From: Nitrospirota bacterium
Lineage (GTDB): Bacteria > Nitrospirota > Nitrospiria > Nitrospirales > NS-4
Assembly (NCBI GenBank): GCA_005877815.1
Contig: VBOG01000098.1
Coordinates: forward strand, 13,188-77,187
Direction of reading: 5' to 3'
DNA length: 64,000 bases
Under the pieces are notes generated by a model that was not told the DNA's origin, did not search any database, and saw only the letters and a list, made by a program, of their open reading frames with translations. Positions 61,741-64,000 of this stretch are shown one piece after another (the stretch's first letter is position 1; every line of letters begins with the position of its first letter). Both the position numbers and the translations under genes were made by a program.

Positions 61741-62540
61741 CCTGCGTCCATCCGACGGCCGTGGTGCATCCGAATGCCGAATTGGCCGACGACGTCAGGG
61801 TGGGACCCTACGCCGTGATCGGTGAGCATGTGCGGATCGGCCGGGGCACGAGCATCGAGTCCCATGTGGTGATCGAGGGATGGACCGACATCGGTGAGGA
61901 ATGCCGGATTCACTCCTTTGTGTCCATTGGCGCGCCGCCGCAGCATTTACAGTATAAGGGCGAGAAGACGCTGGTGCGGATCGGCCATCACAACATCCTC
62001 AGGGAATATGTCACGGTCAATCGTGCGACGGTCTTTGGCGGCGGGGTCACGAGCCTGGGCGACCATAACGTGCTGATGGCGTACGTGCATATCGCCCATG
62101 ATTGTCATGTCGGCAGCCATGTGGTGATGGCGAACGCCGCCACCCTGGCCGGCCATATCGTCATCGGGGACCACGCCATCGTCGGAGGCCTGTCGGGCAT
62201 TCACCAATACGTGCGGATAGGGGCATACAGCATAGTCGGGGGTTGCTCGGCGTTGGGGCAGGATGTCCCTCCCTTCCTGCGGGCCGCGGGGGGATATCGG
62301 GCCCGGCTCTTCGGTGTCAACACCATCGGCCTGAAACGGCAGGGCTTTGCGGATGATCGCATTCGCCTGCTCAAACGCGTCTACCGCACCTTGTTTCGTT
62401 CGGGTATGGGGCTGGCCGAAGCGGTCAAAAAGGTGCGCGATGAGGTCGGTGACGCCGAGGACGTCCGCACATTGTTGTCATTCATGGATGACACCAAACG
62501 AGGGGTCTGTAAAGGCTCGGACGAGCGCGAGGACGAATAG
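61737..62540 (+). CDS. lpxA: Acyl-ACP--UDP-GlcNAc acyltransferase
   Basis: Hexapeptide repeats, PQHLQYKGE, HIAHDC, HQY..GGCS..QDVPPF. Confidence 0.96.
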   Translation: MTCVHPTAVVHPNAELADDVRVGPYAVIGEHVRIGRGTSIESHVVIEGWTDIGEECRIHSFVSIGAPPQHLQYKGEKTLVRIGHHNILREYVTVNRATVFGGGVTSLGDHNVLMAYVHIAHDCHVGSHVVMANAATLAGHIVIGDHAIVGGLSGIHQYVRIGAYSIVGGCSALGQDVPPFLRAAGGYRARLFGVNTIGLKRQGFADDRIRLLKRVYRTLFRSGMGLAEAVKKVRDEVGDAEDVRTLLSFMDDTKRGVCKGSDEREDE

Positions 62541-62543
62541 CTC

Positions 62544-63398
62544 ATGACCGCCCGGGCTTCGGAACGACCGAGCATCGCCTCAGGGCATCCCGAGAATGAA
62601 TGGATCGGGCTGATCGCGGGCAACGGCCGTTTCCCCTTGCTCTTTGCCGAAAATGCCCGGCGGTTGGGCTATCGAGTGTCGGCCGTGGCCTTGACCGGAG
62701 AGACCGATCCGTCGCTTGAAGGCGCCGTGGACCGACTTCATTGGATCGCACTCGGCCAACTCGGCCGATTGATCAAAGCCTTCAAGAAAGACGGCGTCCG
62801 GCAGGCGGTGATGGTGGGCGGTGTCAAGAAGACCCACCTGTTTTCGGGTATCCGTCCGGATCTTCGCTCCCTCGCACTCCTTCGCCGCGTCACCGTCCCC
62901 AAGGACGATATGCTGTTGCGAGCCATCGCTGCGGAATTGGAAAGTGAAGGCATCGCGATTCGCGAATCCACGTTCGGCTTGACAGGTCTGTTGGTCGAGG
63001 AGGGCAAGTTGACGCGCCGCGCGCCGACGCGCAAGGAATGGCGCGATATTGAGTTTGGATGGGAGATGGCGAAGACCGTGGGAGCGCTCGACATCGGTCA
63101 GTGTGTCGTGGTGAAGGAGCGAGTCGTAGTCGCCGTGGAGGCGGTCGAGGGCACCGATCAGGCCATTAGGCGGGGTGGCAAGCTGGCGCGCGGCGGCGCT
63201 GTGGTGGTGAAAAGGTTCAAGCCGCAGCAGGACCGGCGATTCGATCTTCCGGCCGTGGGGCCGATCACCATTGAGGTGATGGCCGAAAGCGGGGCCGCTG
63301 TCCTCGCCATCGAGGCAGGCAGAGCGCTGCTCCTCGATCGGGCAGTTGCCATTGCAGCGGCGGATGAAGCGGGGATCGCCATTGTCGGCATTAAGTGA
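62544..63398 (+). CDS. lpxI: UDP-2,3-diacylglucosamine pyrophosphatase LpxI
   Basis: GLIAGNGRFP, DIGQCVVV, AVEAVEGTD, KPQQDRRFDLPAVG. Confidence 0.92.
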   Translation: MTARASERPSIASGHPENEWIGLIAGNGRFPLLFAENARRLGYRVSAVALTGETDPSLEGAVDRLHWIALGQLGRLIKAFKKDGVRQAVMVGGVKKTHLFSGIRPDLRSLALLRRVTVPKDDMLLRAIAAELESEGIAIRESTFGLTGLLVEEGKLTRRAPTRKEWRDIEFGWEMAKTVGALDIGQCVVVKERVVVAVEAVEGTDQAIRRGGKLARGGAVVVKRFKPQQDRRFDLPAVGPITIEVMAESGAAVLAIEAGRALLLDRAVAIAAADEAGIAIVGIK

Positions 63399-63464
63399 GG
63401 GCGGTTAACCTTCATCGTGAGGATCAGGAATCTTCTTCGGTGCCAGTAACGGAATAAGAACGGT

Positions 63465-64000
63465 ATGCATCCAATCAAGGTGGCCGTCATTGGTGTGGGA
63501 TCCCTGGGGCAACACCATGCAAGGGTCTATCGCGAGCTAGGCGCTGAGCTTGTCGGCGTTGCGGATACCGATCGCATGCGGGCCGCGGAGATTGGCGCCA
63601 GGTATGGCTGCCCGGCAATGACCGACTTTCGAACCTTGTTGCGTCGGGTGGACGCGGTGAGTATCGCTGTGCCGACACTGCAGCATCACGACGTGGGGCG
63701 TGCATGTCTGGAGGCCGGCGTCCATGTGTTGCTCGAGAAGCCGATGACGGCGACGCCCCAGGAGGCGGAAGATTTGCTGGGGATCGCCTCGGCCCGAAAG
63801 CTTACCCTGCAGATCGGCCATATCGAGCGCTTCAATGCGGCCTTCCGCAAGGCTCTTGGATCGGCCGGAGGCATCAAGGATCCGGTGCTGATCGAGTGCC
63901 GGCGGTGGGCACCCTTCACGTCCCGAGGCGCCGATGTCGACGTCGTGCTGGATTTGATGATCCACGATCTCGACCTTGCGCTGGCGCTCGCCGGCGCTCC
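63465..64000 (+). CDS. Gfo/Idh/MocA oxidoreductase, GnnA-like (partial)
   Basis: Not in the ORF track. Manual translation: MHPIKVAVIGVGSLGQHHAR..VSIAVPT..H..HVLLEKP..QIGHIERFN..DVVLDLMIHDLD; runs off the window. Confidence 0.88.
   Translation, partial: MHPIKVAVIGVGSLGQHHARVYRELGAELVGVADTDRMRAAEIGARYGCPAMTDFRTLLRRVDAVSIAVPTLQHHDVGRACLEAGVHVLLEKPMTATPQEAEDLLGIASARKLTLQIGHIERFNAAFRKALGSAGGIKDPVLIECRRWAPFTSRGADVDVVLDLMIHDLDLALALAGA

Overview
High-GC, Gram-negative (Lpx/Bam-encoding) bacterial chromosome segment made almost entirely of core genes. Gene content and order point to Nitrospirota (inference): a complete ARC/Dop/20S/PafA proteasome locus next to lipid A genes. Left to right: ugd (partial), CBS protein, nitrosocyanin-like cupredoxin, ferredoxin, DUF192, chagasin-like protein, dat, rimP-nusA-infB-DUF503-rbfA-truB-rpsO-pnp-M16, a Cache/HAMP kinase with a sigma54 regulator, a divergent ClpX, an isolated two-gene operon of unknown secreted proteins, pdxJ-nnr-tsaE-HIT-lapA-mutS, M48, uvrB, ffh-rpsP-rimM-trmD-rplS-rnhB-yraN-ftsEX-envC-ctpA, groESL, a stand-alone PolX N-terminal domain, thiS-thiG-thiE, arc-dop-prcB-prcA-pafA-M23, a stand-alone WYL-like gene, an HD hydrolase, DUF2062-thiL-lon-galU, and bamA-skp-fabZ-lpxA-lpxI-gnnA-like (partial). 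I saw no rRNA, tRNA, CRISPR array or mobile element. Top leads: (1) the pupylation/proteasome operon has no Pup/UBact tag gene, with only 5 nt between dop and prcB; (2) a strongly promoted, terminator-bounded pair of unknown secreted OB-fold-like proteins; (3) a ThiS whose di-glycine end is masked by a 7-residue tail; (4) a nitrosocyanin-like cupredoxin with a His/Cys/His/His ligand set; (5) five apparently leaderless promoters. Family assignments come from motif recognition by eye; no database search was run. Several starts were moved from the ORF track using RBS, overlap and promoter context.
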